DNA of 64,000 nt from Desulfobacterales bacterium (lineage in GTDB: Bacteria > Desulfobacterota > Desulfobacteria > Desulfobacterales > UBA5852). Location: positions 1,056,001 through 1,120,000 of the forward strand of contig CAXXVS010000003.1 in NCBI GenBank assembly GCA_963674755.2. Reading direction: 5' to 3'. Both the position numbers and the translations under genes were made by a program. The notes under the pieces are model-generated. The model was not told the origin of the DNA. It made no database searches and saw only the letters and a program-made list of their open reading frames with translations. Position 1 is the first letter of the stretch; the number at the start of each line of letters is the position of its first letter. This document shows, one piece after another, positions 1-10,451 of the stretch.

Positions 1-2011
1 GGGGCTGTTCGGGTTTTCCATCAACATGCTGACCATGTTCGCCATGGTGCTGGCCATCGGGCTTTTGGTGGACGATGCCATCGTGGTGGTGGAAAACGTG
101 GAGCGCATCATGAGCGAAGAGGGGCTGCCGCCCAAGGAAGCCACCGCCAAGTCCATGGACCAGATTACCAGCGCTCTGATCGGCATCGGACTGGTGCTCT
201 CGGCCGTCTTCGGCCCCATGGCGTTTTTCCCCGGTTCTACGGGCGTGATCTACCGCCAGTTCTCCATTACCATTATCGCCGCCATGCTTTTATCGGTTTT
301 GGTGGCCCTGATCCTGACCCCGGTGCTCTGTGCCTCCCTGCTCAAGCCGGTGGCAGCGGGCCACGAACCGGCGGACGGGGCCGTCTTTTTCATGCGCCCT
401 TTCTTCCGGTGGTTCGACCGGACCTTTTTTCATGCCCGGGAACTGTACCTGAAGTTGGTGGGCCACTCCCTGCGCCGCAAGCTGAGGTATCTGGTCGTAT
501 TCGTTCTGATCGTAGTGGCGATGGGGGTTTTGTTCCAACGTATGCCTACCGCCTACCTGCCGGATGAAGACCAGGGCGTGCTCTACGTCCAGGCCATGCT
601 GCCGTCCAATGCCACTTTGGAGCAGACCGAAGCGGTGCTGGGGAGAGTGCGGGAGTATTTGTTGGAGAATGAAAAGGATGCGGTGCAGTCGATAATGACC
701 GTCTCCGGCTTTAGTTTCAGCGGCCAGGGACAAAATGCCGGGCTGGCCTTCGTCAAACTCCGGGATTGGGATCTGCGGAAACGGCCGGACCTGAAAGTCG
801 GCCCCATCGCCGGTAGGGCCATGCGGTTTTTTGCGACCATCCGCAATGCCCGGGTTTTTGCCTTCCCGCCCCCGGCCGTGGTGGAGCTGGGCCAGGCCAA
901 CGGCTTCGATTTCGAGTTACTGGATCGTGGCGGAATCGGCCATGCCAACCTAATGGCGGCCCGCAACCAACTTCTGGGTTTGGCCGCCCAGGACCCGCGC
1001 CTGACCCGGGTGCGTCCCAACGGCCTGGAAGACGTGCCCCAGTACCGGATCGACGTGGACTGGGAGAAGGCCGGCGCTCTGGGGGTGCCCATCGCCTCTA
1101 TTCACAACACCATCTCAGCGGCTTTCGGCAGCGCCTATGTCAACGATTTTATCCAGTCGGGTCGCGTCAAGCGGGTCTACATCCAGGCGGACGCGCCTTT
1201 CCGCATGCTGCCCGGCGACCTGGAAAAGCTTTACGTCCGCAACACGGCTGGTAAAATGGTGCCCTTTGCCTCCTTTGCCTCCGGGCACTGGACATCCGGT
1301 TCCCCCAAGCTGGAGCGGTTCAACGGTTTTCCGGCCATGAATATCTGGGGTGAAGCCGCACCGGGCAAAAGCTCCGGTGAAGCCATGCAGGCCATGGAAG
1401 AGGCGGTCAACAAGCTGCCACGCGGCGTGGGCTATGACTGGACAGGTTTGTCCTACCAGGAACGCATGGCCGGCTCCCAGGCGCCGCTGCTCTATGCGTT
1501 CTCGATCCTGGTGATCTTTCTGTGCCTGGCGGCCCTCTACGAGAGCTGGCCCATCCCTATTTCCATCCTGCTGACCCTGCCCCTGGGGGCGATCGGCGGC
1601 GTGATCGCCACGACGCTGATGGGGATGCCCAACGACGTTTACTTTCAGATCGGATTGCTGACGATCCTGGGGCTGACCACCAAGAATGCCATCCTGATCG
1701 TGCAGTTCGCCCGGGCCCGGGTGGACGAGGGCATGCGTCTGACCGAAGCCACCCTGGAAGGGGCCAAACTGCGGCTGCGGCCCATCGTCATGACGTCGCT
1801 GGCTTTCGGCTTTGGGGTATTGCCTCTGGCGCTAGCGAATGGGGCCGGGGCGGGTGCTCAGCGCGCCATCGGCATCGGCGTCGTGGGCGGGGTGGTGACC
1901 TCCACCTTCCTGGTAACCCTTTTTGCACCGCTTTTTTATGTGTTGATCTACAAGGCGCTCGGGCGGCACCGCAAGCGGGAACGCAGTCACCGTGCCGATT
2001 CGCCCAGCTAA
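1..2011 (+). CDS. acrB: RND multidrug efflux permease (AcrB/MexB family), 5'-truncated by the window edge
   Basis: [23 protein letters not shown] and KNAILIV motifs; followed by an outer-membrane factor. Confidence 0.95.
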   Translation, partial: GLFGFSINMLTMFAMVLAIGLLVDDAIVVVENVERIMSEEGLPPKEATAKSMDQITSALIGIGLVLSAVFGPMAFFPGSTGVIYRQFSITIIAAMLLSVLVALILTPVLCASLLKPVAAGHEPADGAVFFMRPFFRWFDRTFFHARELYLKLVGHSLRRKLRYLVVFVLIVVAMGVLFQRMPTAYLPDEDQGVLYVQAMLPSNATLEQTEAVLGRVREYLLENEKDAVQSIMTVSGFSFSGQGQNAGLAFVKLRDWDLRKRPDLKVGPIAGRAMRFFATIRNARVFAFPPPAVVELGQANGFDFELLDRGGIGHANLMAARNQLLGLAAQDPRLTRVRPNGLEDVPQYRIDVDWEKAGALGVPIASIHNTISAAFGSAYVNDFIQSGRVKRVYIQADAPFRMLPGDLEKLYVRNTAGKMVPFASFASGHWTSGSPKLERFNGFPAMNIWGEAAPGKSSGEAMQAMEEAVNKLPRGVGYDWTGLSYQERMAGSQAPLLYAFSILVIFLCLAALYESWPIPISILLTLPLGAIGGVIATTLMGMPNDVYFQIGLLTILGLTTKNAILIVQFARARVDEGMRLTEATLEGAKLRLRPIVMTSLAFGFGVLPLALANGAGAGAQRAIGIGVVGGVVTSTFLVTLFAPLFYVLIYKALGRHRKRERSHRADSPS

Positions 2012-2024
2012 AGGAATTCTTCGT

Positions 2025-3437
2025 ATGTTCATCAAACGTCTCTTCTTACTGCTGGGGATGGGGGGCATTTTGGCCGGCTGCACCCTGGCACCGACCTATA
2101 CGCGGCCCGAAGCGCCGGTACCCCCCACCTGGCCTACCGGTCCGGCCTATCAGGCACCCCAGGCGCAGGAAGCGCCGGATGTGAGCGCCTTGGCCTGGCG
2201 GGAGTTTTTTACGGATGCGTCTCTGCAGCAGTTGATCGCGGCGGCGCTGGAGAACAACCGCGATCTCCGGATTGCGGCCTTGAACGTGCAACGGTCCCGG
2301 GCTGTCTACGGCATTCAGCGGGCCGCCCTTTTTCCCTCCCTGGACGCCGCCGCCACCGGGACCAAAAAGCGGGTGCCGGCGGATATTTCATCCACAGGGG
2401 AGCGCTACACCCAGGAACAATACGACGTTAACCTGGGGGTCTATGCTTGGGAGATCGATTTTTTCGGCCGTCTGCGCAGCCTGAAAGACCAGGCCTTGGA
2501 AGCCTATCTGGCAACGGAGGAGGCCCGTCGGAGTGCCCAGATCCTGCTCATTTCGTCGGTGGGGGAGACCTATCTGGCGCTGGCGGCGGACCGGGAGGCC
2601 CTCAAGCTGACCCAGCGTACGCTCGAAGCCCAGAAAAAAACCTATGCATTGGTAAAACGCCGTTATGACGTGGGCCTGGCGACCCTGTTGGATCTCAACT
2701 ATGCCCAAACCCAGGTGGATGTCGCCCGGCGCGACCGGGCCATCTATACCCAGCGTGTGGCCCAGGACGAAAATGCCCTGAACCTCCTGGTGGGAACGCC
2801 TTCTCCCTTGTCAAGCGCGCTCCTGCCGGAGGATCTGGCCAATGTCGAACCCCTGCAAACTCTTGATGCCGGCTTATCCTCGGAAGTGCTCCTGCGCCGT
2901 CCCGACATTTTGCAGGCGGAGCATGTGCTCAAGGGCACGTATGCCAACATCGGCGCCGCCCGCGCGGCCCTCTTCCCCAGGATTTCGCTGACCACCACGG
3001 TGGGAACGGCCAGCGCCGAGCTCTCGGGGCTTTTCGACGCCGGCTCCGGCACGTGGTTGTTCGCCCCTCAGATCGCCATGCCGATTTTCGATGCCCGGCT
3101 TTGGTCGGCCCTGGATGTTACCAAGGCCGAACAGGAAATCGCTGTGGCACAATATGAAAAAACCATCCAGACGGCTTTCCGGGAAGTGGCCGACACACTT
3201 GCCGTCCAGGGTACGGTGGACGAACAGCTGGCCGCCCAGCAATCTCTGGTCCGGGCCACCGCTGAAACCTATCGCCTTTCGGAAGCCCGCTATACCAAAG
3301 GGATCGACAATTATCTGGGGGTATTAGTGGCCCAGCGATCGTTATTTGCGGCCCAGCAGGGACTTGTCGCCTTGAACCTGGCCCAACGTGCCAACCGGAT
3401 CCGGCTTTATGCGGTGCTGGGGGGCGGGGCCCAATAA
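2025..3437 (+). CDS. oprM: RND outer-membrane lipoprotein (OprM/NodT family)
   Basis: Lipobox ILAGC; ALENNRDLR, WEIDFFGRLRS and RRPDI motifs; ATG 2025 after aagga. Confidence 0.93.
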   Translation: MFIKRLFLLLGMGGILAGCTLAPTYTRPEAPVPPTWPTGPAYQAPQAQEAPDVSALAWREFFTDASLQQLIAAALENNRDLRIAALNVQRSRAVYGIQRAALFPSLDAAATGTKKRVPADISSTGERYTQEQYDVNLGVYAWEIDFFGRLRSLKDQALEAYLATEEARRSAQILLISSVGETYLALAADREALKLTQRTLEAQKKTYALVKRRYDVGLATLLDLNYAQTQVDVARRDRAIYTQRVAQDENALNLLVGTPSPLSSALLPEDLANVEPLQTLDAGLSSEVLLRRPDILQAEHVLKGTYANIGAARAALFPRISLTTTVGTASAELSGLFDAGSGTWLFAPQIAMPIFDARLWSALDVTKAEQEIAVAQYEKTIQTAFREVADTLAVQGTVDEQLAAQQSLVRATAETYRLSEARYTKGIDNYLGVLVAQRSLFAAQQGLVALNLAQRANRIRLYAVLGGGAQ

Positions 3438-3555
3438 GGCTTTCGGGCAAGGCCGGCCGCCGGTCGGCCATCCCCATGATTTGCCGTCCATGCGCGGTGC
3501 GGTGGTGGTGACGTCAGGCGCTTCCGGCCGGGGCTTTGAAGATGGAGTTGACGCG

Positions 3556-4236
3556 ATGGCGGACAAAGGAAAATTGCTAAAACGCGATACCAAAACGCGT
3601 ATTCTGGACGCCGCTGAAATCCTGTTTGCGGAAAACGGTTTCAAGGACACCTCGATTTATCGCCTGGCACGCGAAGCCCGTGTCAACCAAGCAGCGGTCA
3701 ACTACCATTTTGGCTCCAAGGATGCCCTGGTCGAAAAAGTCATCGAGCGGCGGCTGTCCATGATCAGCCAACGTCGCATGGAAAACCTGAGGCAGATCAA
3801 AGCGGCGGCCCGGCAGCAGGACCGACGCCCTGAAGTACATGCCCTTTTGCGGGCTTACATCGAGCCCGCCCTGACCTTGACGGAGATGACGGCTGGTGAG
3901 CGGCATTTCCTGGTCATCGTGGGCCGGGCTCTGGCGGAGCCGGATGAGGCCATTCGCAATATTTTCATCCGCCAGTTCGAGCCGTCCTTTTTGCTGCTGG
4001 CCGATTTGATGCAAAGCGCACTGCCCGAACTTTCGGAGTCGGTTCTGCGCTGGCGGCTGCATTTTGCCATTGGTTCCCTCTCCCATGTCATGCGACTGTG
4101 CGGCAGCCAATGGCCGGTCGAGGATTTAGAGCCCAATGCCGCTGATACCGAAACCGTCGTGAAGATGTTGATTACCTTTTTGACGGAAGGCATGACGGCC
4201 CTGGAGGCCGACGAGGATCCGCGTCTGTCCGCTTAA
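3556..4236 (+). CDS. TetR/AcrR family transcriptional regulator
   Basis: TKTRILDAAEILFAENGF...VNYHFGSKDAL HTH; GGAG RBS before ATG 3556. Confidence 0.92.
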   Translation: MADKGKLLKRDTKTRILDAAEILFAENGFKDTSIYRLAREARVNQAAVNYHFGSKDALVEKVIERRLSMISQRRMENLRQIKAAARQQDRRPEVHALLRAYIEPALTLTEMTAGERHFLVIVGRALAEPDEAIRNIFIRQFEPSFLLLADLMQSALPELSESVLRWRLHFAIGSLSHVMRLCGSQWPVEDLEPNAADTETVVKMLITFLTEGMTALEADEDPRLSA

Positions 4237-4322
4237 ACACCCGACAGCCATGCCCATGCGGCGTAGCAAGGTGTCTGCCAGGCGCTGTCGCGACGGCATC
4301 CTTGCACGGCCGACCCCCGCCC

Positions 4323-4934
4323 TTAGCCCTCCGTTTCGAACCTTTCGATATTTTCCCCTTTCTTGATGAATTCCGCCACGGCGGCAAACGCCCGTTCATA
4401 AGCTTCCATGACATGGTTCATCCGGTCGCACATGGGGTCGTTGGATCCCAGTTCCTTTTCCATGTCCACATACATTTTGCGGCCGTCCCTCAGATGGCGT
4501 TCCATCTTGGCGAGCAGAATTTTTCTTGCGCTATGGCGGACTTGTTCCTTCTGGATAAGCGGCATCAGGTGGCGTACCGACGTCTCCACCAGCAGGTCGC
4601 GGGAAAGCTCCAGGTTGCGGGCGGCCTCATCGAGAGCAAGGGCCGCATCGCGGCTGATTACATACGTCTTGGTAACACGCGGCGAATCGTCAGTCCGGAC
4701 ACTGTTGGCCTGGGCCGCGATCGCTTCCAGGGTTTTGGGTTCCTGGACCATGTGGTCGAACAGGGATTTAGGTTTGAGCCGAAGGTGCGCCCCCAGGATG
4801 TTCATGGCTTCGATGCAATTGGGTGTCAACTTAAAGGCCACGCGAATGGATTGCCGCCCCCTCAAATCAGTGGCGGACGCTTTGGGGATAAGCGCTAACG
4901 GATTGATGGCGGAAGGCTTGGTTTTCTCGCTCAC
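4323..4934 (-). CDS. Hypothetical protein with two putative ribbon-helix-helix units
   Basis: 203-aa ORF divergent from the hsp20 genes; SIRVAFKL-helix-helix and TKTYVIS..ALDEAARNLELSRDLLVE patterns. Confidence 0.7.
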   Translation of the reverse strand: MSEKTKPSAINPLALIPKASATDLRGRQSIRVAFKLTPNCIEAMNILGAHLRLKPKSLFDHMVQEPKTLEAIAAQANSVRTDDSPRVTKTYVISRDAALALDEAARNLELSRDLLVETSVRHLMPLIQKEQVRHSARKILLAKMERHLRDGRKMYVDMEKELGSNDPMCDRMNHVMEAYERAFAAVAEFIKKGENIERFETEG

Positions 4935-4988
4935 AGGTTTCGCTCCACAATGGGTTTCAGTCTATATTACTTATATATAATAAACCTT

Positions 4989-5060
4989 TTTCATAATGCA
5001 ATATAAAAGAAATTTATAATATTGACATGTATGAAATCAGGTTTAATTTTCTTATGAAAT
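4989..5060 (+). promoter_or_regulatory. Sigma70-type promoter of the hsp20 operon with repeated TATGAAA sites
   Basis: TTGACA 5022-5027, TAATTT 5044-5049; TATGAAAT at 5030 and 5053, inverted copy TTTCATA at 4989. Confidence 0.5.
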
Positions 5061-5116
5061 GAGAAGAACGAAGATAGTGAATGGCGATAATGACAAACAA
5101 TAAGGAGGACTTAGCC

Positions 5117-5578
5117 ATGATTTATCGCAGCATGTTTGGTTTGCCGACATGGAGAGTTCAAAGCCCCTTCGATGAATTTGACCGCATCCGGCGCCAGATG
5201 GACCGGTTGAGCGAAGCCTTCAGCGGCGGCCGTCCCGGCCAGGCAACGGCAGGTGTTTTCCCGCTCGTAAATTTGACCGAGGATCAGGAAAACTATTACG
5301 TCCGCGCCGAGCTTCCCGGCCTCAAGGCCGATGAATTGGACATCCAGGTCACGGCCAACAGCCTGTCCCTTTCGGGTGAACGCAAAATTGCCGAGGAGGG
5401 CAACGGCGTCAAATACCACCGGCGTGAACGCGAAGGCGGCCGCTTTTCGCGCATGTTGACCCTGCCCGGGGATATCGATGCCGAAAAAGTCGAAGCCGAC
5501 CTGGTGAACGGAGTCCTGGCGATCAAGATCGCCAAGGCCGAAGCGGCCAAACCCAAACAGATTTCGGTTCGCCAGTAA
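5117..5578 (+). CDS. Hsp20/alpha-crystallin small heat-shock protein
   Basis: FPLVNL, AELPG, ERK, RRERxxGRFSR and NGVL motifs; AGGAGG RBS. Confidence 0.95.
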   Translation: MIYRSMFGLPTWRVQSPFDEFDRIRRQMDRLSEAFSGGRPGQATAGVFPLVNLTEDQENYYVRAELPGLKADELDIQVTANSLSLSGERKIAEEGNGVKYHRREREGGRFSRMLTLPGDIDAEKVEADLVNGVLAIKIAKAEAAKPKQISVRQ

Positions 5579-5606
5579 GGAAGACATCAGGAAAGGAGGC
5601 GCTCAA

Positions 5607-6017
5607 ATGGCTGCCATGGAAAACAAGGAAATCAAAGTGCGTGAAAAGCAGGAGGTCGCTCCGCCGGCCGAACAAACGCGCCCCGGAATCTATTTCACGC
5701 CGAGCGTGGATATCTTCGAAACGGAAAAAGAAATTACGCTGCTGGCGGACATGCCGGGGGTTACGGCGGAAGATCTGGTGATCGATCTGCGCGACAACAC
5801 CCTGACCCTGGAAGGCGACATTGCGTCTGCCGGGGATTCCAAGGAGGAACCCATTTACGAGGAGTACAACACCGGACGGTTTTTCCGCCAGTTCTCCCTC
5901 TCGGAGATGATCGATCAGAGCAAGATCGACGCGCAACTCAACGACGGTGTGCTGCGTCTGTCGCTGCCGAAAGTTGAAAAAGCCACACCGCGCAAGATCA
6001 CGGTGCGGGCATCATAA
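5607..6017 (+). CDS. Hsp20/alpha-crystallin small heat-shock protein
   Basis: PSVDIFE, ADMPGV and DGVLRLSLPK motifs; AGGAGG RBS. Confidence 0.95.
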   Translation: MAAMENKEIKVREKQEVAPPAEQTRPGIYFTPSVDIFETEKEITLLADMPGVTAEDLVIDLRDNTLTLEGDIASAGDSKEEPIYEEYNTGRFFRQFSLSEMIDQSKIDAQLNDGVLRLSLPKVEKATPRKITVRAS

Positions 6018-6030
6018 GGTTGTTACCCTG

Positions 6031-6063
6031 CGGCCGGCGGACGTCGATGTCATCTGCCGGCCG
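6031..6063 (+). terminator. GC-rich hairpin after the second hsp20 gene
   Basis: CGGCCGGCGGA...TCTGCCGGCCG inverted repeat; no clear U tract. Confidence 0.4.
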
Positions 6064-6150
6064 CTGGCACGTCAGGCCTCTATATGATGGGCCGGCATCT
6101 GCGGCGGCCTGCCGTGGCGAGATTTTAATCCTCATCCCGGAGGTCGGCTG

Positions 6151-6807
6151 ATGCCGAGGGATTATTACATGGTGTTGGGTGTTGAACGCGGAGCGGATCT
6201 ATCCCAGATCAAACACGCCTACCGCCGCGCCATCAAACGCTATCACCCGGACCACTTCGGCACGGGCATCGGCCCGGATAAATTTCTGGCGGCGCAGGAA
6301 GCCTACGAAGTCCTCTCGGACAGGAATCGGCGCCGTGCCTACGATGCCGAGGTCAAACGGGAGGGCATCCCCGTGCACATCACCAATGTGCGCGAAACCC
6401 TCCGGCGCCACCACCAGGGATGGGGTAATTTCCGGGAGACACGATCGCCACCGGACGATTTTTGCGCGGGTAGGCGGCCGGCGTTTTTTCGCCAGCGCAT
6501 CAGACCTGCATCGATTCCCAAAGACGTATACCTGGAAGTGGTTTTGGCACCGGAGGAAGCACGGCGCGGAGGGATATTCCCGGTTGCCGTGCCGGTCTTC
6601 GAGCCATGCCCCGCTTGCGCCCGGAGCGATTGGCAGGGGCATTTTTACTGTCCGGCGTGCCGGGGCTACGGAGTGCTCCGATCCCGTCGGGAGTTCAAGC
6701 TGACCATTCCCCCGGGCGTGACCGACGGCACGACGGCCGAAGTGTCACTGACCGACGCGGGACTGCCCGCAGGGCGGCTTCTTATCGATATCAGGGTGGA
6801 AGGCTGA
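6151..6807 (+). CDS. DnaJ-domain protein (J domain, short zinc finger, truncated C-terminal domain)
   Basis: RDYYMVLGV, YHPD, CPAC...CPACRGYG and IPPGV motifs. Confidence 0.9.
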   Translation: MPRDYYMVLGVERGADLSQIKHAYRRAIKRYHPDHFGTGIGPDKFLAAQEAYEVLSDRNRRRAYDAEVKREGIPVHITNVRETLRRHHQGWGNFRETRSPPDDFCAGRRPAFFRQRIRPASIPKDVYLEVVLAPEEARRGGIFPVAVPVFEPCPACARSDWQGHFYCPACRGYGVLRSRREFKLTIPPGVTDGTTAEVSLTDAGLPAGRLLIDIRVEG

Positions 6808-6897
6808 CCGATCGGGCTGGAAGAGAGGGAAGGTATTGCCCCGCTGATGATGCCACGGGAGACTTGACCAGCGGTCTGTGGCCAAACAGGTTTCGTT

Positions 6898-7929
6898 TCA
6901 ACTGAGCCGCTGCTCGTTCAGACCCGCCAATATGTCATCGGCAAAATAGACCAGACTGCTATAAAATGAGAACACCTGCACCAGTCTTTGGTAATCAAAG
7001 CGTCGTATCAGTCCCTCCCTTCGAATACCGATGAGCTTCGCATGCAATTCTTCAAGGGCCTGGATCAGGTCCTGCCTAACCCCTAGAGAATCGTTTTGCA
7101 CGAATCTCACGAGGGCTTTGCCGCTCACGTCTGCGACCCTCATGAGTTCCCGAGACATGATGATGTCGTAGCCCGCATCGTCGCAGGTATTCAGGGATCG
7201 CACCATGTTGCGTAGATGCTCGACAGAGCGGCTGATGACGGCCACCTTGAGGGCAAAATTTTCCCGGAACGTCTTCTGATAGATCAGGGATTCGTGCCGG
7301 CGCGTTTTCTCCAGCAGGGCATGATTGTCCCAAACCTCGCTGGCCAGCGCGGTGATCAGGGCTTCGTTGACACATTGTTGTCTTGCGATGAAGGCTTCCA
7401 CCAGGATGCGGCACTTGTCGGCGCACGCCCTGGCCTGGTTCTCCAATCGTTGTTTGAGAACGTCGATTTTGCGCTGGGGGAAAACCGCAACGGAAACGGC
7501 AAAGGCGCACAGGATGCCGATCCCGATCTCCAACACCCGCGACAGCCCGAAATGCCAGGCATCCTGGGTTTGCAATCCGGTCATCACAACGATGACCACG
7601 GTGATGGCGGCCATCCGATAGCGTGTTTTGTAGCGGGTCAGAAAACTGCAGATACCGATGGTCAGAAACAGGGCCATGCCGATGAAAACAGGTGTTTTGG
7701 GGATCGTGAGGATCACCAGCACCCCCAGGAGGGCGCCGATCAGGGTGCCGGAAAAACGATAGAGGCACATTTCAACGGAATCGGCGACATAGACCTGCAT
7801 CACGATGACGGTGGAAATCACCGCCCAATAGCCGAACTCGAGATCAAGGGCGGTGGTGACGGCATAGGCCATAACCGCTGCCAGCGCAGTCTTCAAACCA
7901 TGGATGGCATGTCTCGACAGGATGCACAC
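6898..7929 (-). CDS. FUSC/aromatic acid exporter family membrane protein
   Basis: KTALAA, YWAVISTVIVMQ, RFSGTLIGA and RVLEIGIG motifs. Confidence 0.85.
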   Translation of the reverse strand: MCILSRHAIHGLKTALAAVMAYAVTTALDLEFGYWAVISTVIVMQVYVADSVEMCLYRFSGTLIGALLGVLVILTIPKTPVFIGMALFLTIGICSFLTRYKTRYRMAAITVVIVVMTGLQTQDAWHFGLSRVLEIGIGILCAFAVSVAVFPQRKIDVLKQRLENQARACADKCRILVEAFIARQQCVNEALITALASEVWDNHALLEKTRRHESLIYQKTFRENFALKVAVISRSVEHLRNMVRSLNTCDDAGYDIIMSRELMRVADVSGKALVRFVQNDSLGVRQDLIQALEELHAKLIGIRREGLIRRFDYQRLVQVFSFYSSLVYFADDILAGLNEQRLS

Positions 7930-8057
7930 GGGGTTTTCCTCCGGAAATATAAGCTGGCGTTCATATACGATATCCGGAAGGAAGGCAAGCCCAGGGATTG
8001 TATCGACGGAAGCGAGGCCGCCACCGGTCGCGCAGGCAGATCAGCGGCCGCTTTGCG

Positions 8058-8495
8058 CTATTGTTGCGGGTGGTCCGCTACGGGCGGGTTCAGGGGCGGC
8101 CGGCATAAAAGGGCATCGCCTTCAAAACCGAATTGGCGGTACCAGATGGCCAATTTTTCGTAGCTGATACAATGATCGTCACCCCTGGATGAGGGGATCG
8201 GTGTCAGGCTCAAAGCAATTTTAAACCGGTCGGCCTGTCGACAGAGGATCGTGAGCATTTTAGTGCCGTTTCCAAGCTTGGGACTGAATACACTGAAATG
8301 ATAGATGTGCACGGCCGCAATGTCGTCATGTACCATAACGGCCATTGCGGCAATACCGAGGATTTGGCCATGACCGTCATCAATGACAACGGGAAAGATT
8401 TCATTCATCTCCTGTGAATAGGCCACGCCAATGGCGACCCGACCCGGATAGCGATCGTAAATGAATTTCAGGTAGCGGTTTTCCTGTTGGCCCAT
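8058..8495 (-). CDS. Hypothetical GNAT-fold acetyltransferase-like protein
   Basis: GNGTKML..L...AD and WYRQFGF, resembling GNAT motifs A and B; start uncertain. Confidence 0.55.
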   Translation of the reverse strand: MGQQENRYLKFIYDRYPGRVAIGVAYSQEMNEIFPVVIDDGHGQILGIAAMAVMVHDDIAAVHIYHFSVFSPKLGNGTKMLTILCRQADRFKIALSLTPIPSSRGDDHCISYEKLAIWYRQFGFEGDALLCRPPLNPPVADHPQQ

Positions 8496-8579
8496 AACCT
8501 GGCTTACGTCTCTGTATCCTGATTCACATTGAAGTGATGCGCCGGCCCGATGGTGGCATAAAAGCGGCATGCCGTATCT

Positions 8580-8861
8580 TCAATAACGTCTCTTGAAGGA
8601 TCGGCGTTTTTTCTTTTTACGGCCCGAATCAGCCGGATTGACCTTGATATTACGCCCGTCCATAAATTTGCCGTTCAGGGCTTTGATGGCCTGATCGGCC
8701 TCGGAATTACTGGGCATTTCCACAAACCCGAATCCTTTGGACCGGCCTGCACGGCGGTCCATAATCACCTTGGCCGTTTCCACACTGCCGAATTCGGCAA
8801 ACATGGTCTGTAGATCATCTCCGGTGACGGTTAAAGAAAGATTGCCAATATAGATGTTCAC
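8580..8861 (-). CDS. RRM (RNP-1) RNA-binding protein
   Basis: NIYIGNL (RNP2) and RSKGFGFVEM (RNP1); GTG start after GAAAGGA. Confidence 0.92.
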   Translation of the reverse strand: MNIYIGNLSLTVTGDDLQTMFAEFGSVETAKVIMDRRAGRSKGFGFVEMPSNSEADQAIKALNGKFMDGRNIKVNPADSGRKKKKRRSFKRRY

Positions 8862-8906
8862 GATAGCGTCCTTTCGGCAAGCGCCTGTCTGTGCCCTCGG
8901 TGGACG

Positions 8907-8948
8907 AAAAAGGGCATTTCCTCCCGGCACGGGAGAAAATGCCCTTTT
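8907..8948 (-). terminator. Intrinsic terminator between the csp-like gene and the RRM gene
   Basis: AAAAGGGCATTTcCTCCCG-GCA-CGGGAGaAAATGCCCTTTT stem with A/T tails. Confidence 0.7.
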
Positions 8949-8958
8949 GATTCAAGGA

Positions 8959-9159
8959 TCAGACGATGACGGCGCTATGGGCTGCAGGGCTTTTGGTGCT
9001 TGCGTCGATATCGAAGGGAATCGGATTGTCTTCCCTCGCAGATCTAAAACCGGTCACATCGATTACCATGTGGTGACCGAGGACATCCGGCCCATCTTCG
9101 ACCGCAATGACGCCAAATCCCTTCGGGTCATTAAACCATTCAACGAATGTGCTGTGCAT
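8959..9159 (-). CDS. Degenerate cold-shock (CSD) protein
   Basis: 66 aa; VEWFNDPKGFGVI..EDGPDVLGHH..I...GFRS; GGGAGG RBS; RNP aromatic residues replaced. Confidence 0.7.
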   Translation of the reverse strand: MHSTFVEWFNDPKGFGVIAVEDGPDVLGHHMVIDVTGFRSAREDNPIPFDIDASTKSPAAHSAVIV

Positions 9160-9420
9160 GGAGCCATCCTCCCTTTTACTGGAACGCTCAATGTCTCAAA
9201 CTGGAGGATGGGCTAGAAGACGAAGATATTTTCCTTCAGAGCAAAACTTCCCGGCTGGATAAGAGGCGGGTTGATTGAGTGCGCCAAGCCTAATACAGGG
9301 TTGGCACAATAGCAAGCGGATTTGTCGTTTGGGTCCCTAACCCGCCAGGGCATCACCCTGTCGTCGCAGGGCAACCAGGGGCTTCGGATGACGGCCAAGA
9401 CGCCGTCATGCGCGCCGCTT

Positions 9421-10068
9421 TCAGCCAAAGTCATCCGGCGGATCGTCGCTCCCCGGGGCCGGCCGGCCCTTCAGCCATGAGGCCAGCACCATACCGAGCA
9501 TGGCCAGGCATTCCATGTCCAGATACGCCGACGCGCGCTGTTCGAAGAGCAGGGTGCATTGGGCCGAAAACTCTTCGTCCTGGTCATCAAACATCATGAG
9601 CAGGGGAACGGTCGGCAGGGCCGGCAGCCGCATCGCCAGATCGCAGGCAAAGGGCGCTTCCGTCGGGGTGCCGCCCAACATGCCGGCAGCCCTGCGAAGC
9701 TTTTCCATACGGCCCGCAAAGGTTTTACTGATGGGCTGCTCGGCCGTGTTGCGGAAGCCGGCGGCAAAAGGCAGTGCATCCTTGAACGTGCGGTAGCGCA
9801 CCCAGCCGGTGTTGGCGGGCGGCTCTTCCGGCGGGCAAAGCAGAAGATATTTACAGAGAATCACGCTTACCGCGTGGCTCGGCCGGAAGCCCTGTTCGTC
9901 GGCCACCGCTTTGCCGGAAACCCGGAACCGGCTTCCGTAGAAAGGGACGACAAGGGCATCGCCGTCGTGTTCCAACCCCAGACGTTCGGCAATGGGCGCT
10001 AGGTTGAGGGCGGCGACCTGGGCCAGGTAATCCGCATAGATTTCATCGAAGACGGCGGCACGCGCCAT
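9421..10068 (-). CDS. DUF3786 domain protein
   Basis: VILCKYLL, W..YR.F, ALPTVPL, DEEF.A.CTLLF and YLDMECLA motifs; GGAG RBS. Confidence 0.85.
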   Translation of the reverse strand: MARAAVFDEIYADYLAQVAALNLAPIAERLGLEHDGDALVVPFYGSRFRVSGKAVADEQGFRPSHAVSVILCKYLLLCPPEEPPANTGWVRYRTFKDALPFAAGFRNTAEQPISKTFAGRMEKLRRAAGMLGGTPTEAPFACDLAMRLPALPTVPLLMMFDDQDEEFSAQCTLLFEQRASAYLDMECLAMLGMVLASWLKGRPAPGSDDPPDDFG

Positions 10069-10085
10069 GGTTATTCTCCTTTCTC

Positions 10086-10451
10086 CTACCACAATCGCCA
10101 GAGAACCCGCTGCCCCTGCTTTTCCCCGCGGACTTTCTCCATATGACGCAGGGCGGAGAAGGTCCGCTGCAAATCTTCCAGTGAATGCTGGCCGCCCAGT
10201 TTCTCCTGCAAGGCCGTGGGTTCCAGGGGACCTTCGGCCTTCAAGACCCGCAGTATCTCTTTTGGCAGTGGCGTCAGGGGACGGTCGTCGCCGGCGTGTT
10301 TTTCGTAATTCTTGGCGCTGTGTACGGCCCAGGGATCGCAGGTTTTCATCGGCGAAAGGGCCACCATGTAGCAATCTTCACAGAGATGGCGTCCCAGATG
10401 CTCCCTTTCCTCGCCGGGTTCAATCGTGGCATTGCATTCGTCACACCGCAT
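10086..10451 (-). CDS. Hypothetical protein with N-terminal CxxC...CxxC zinc finger and winged-helix-like C-terminus
   Basis: MRCDEC...LCEDC...CDPWAV; LQRTFSALRHMEKVRG. Confidence 0.75.
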   Translation of the reverse strand: MRCDECNATIEPGEEREHLGRHLCEDCYMVALSPMKTCDPWAVHSAKNYEKHAGDDRPLTPLPKEILRVLKAEGPLEPTALQEKLGGQHSLEDLQRTFSALRHMEKVRGEKQGQRVLWRLW

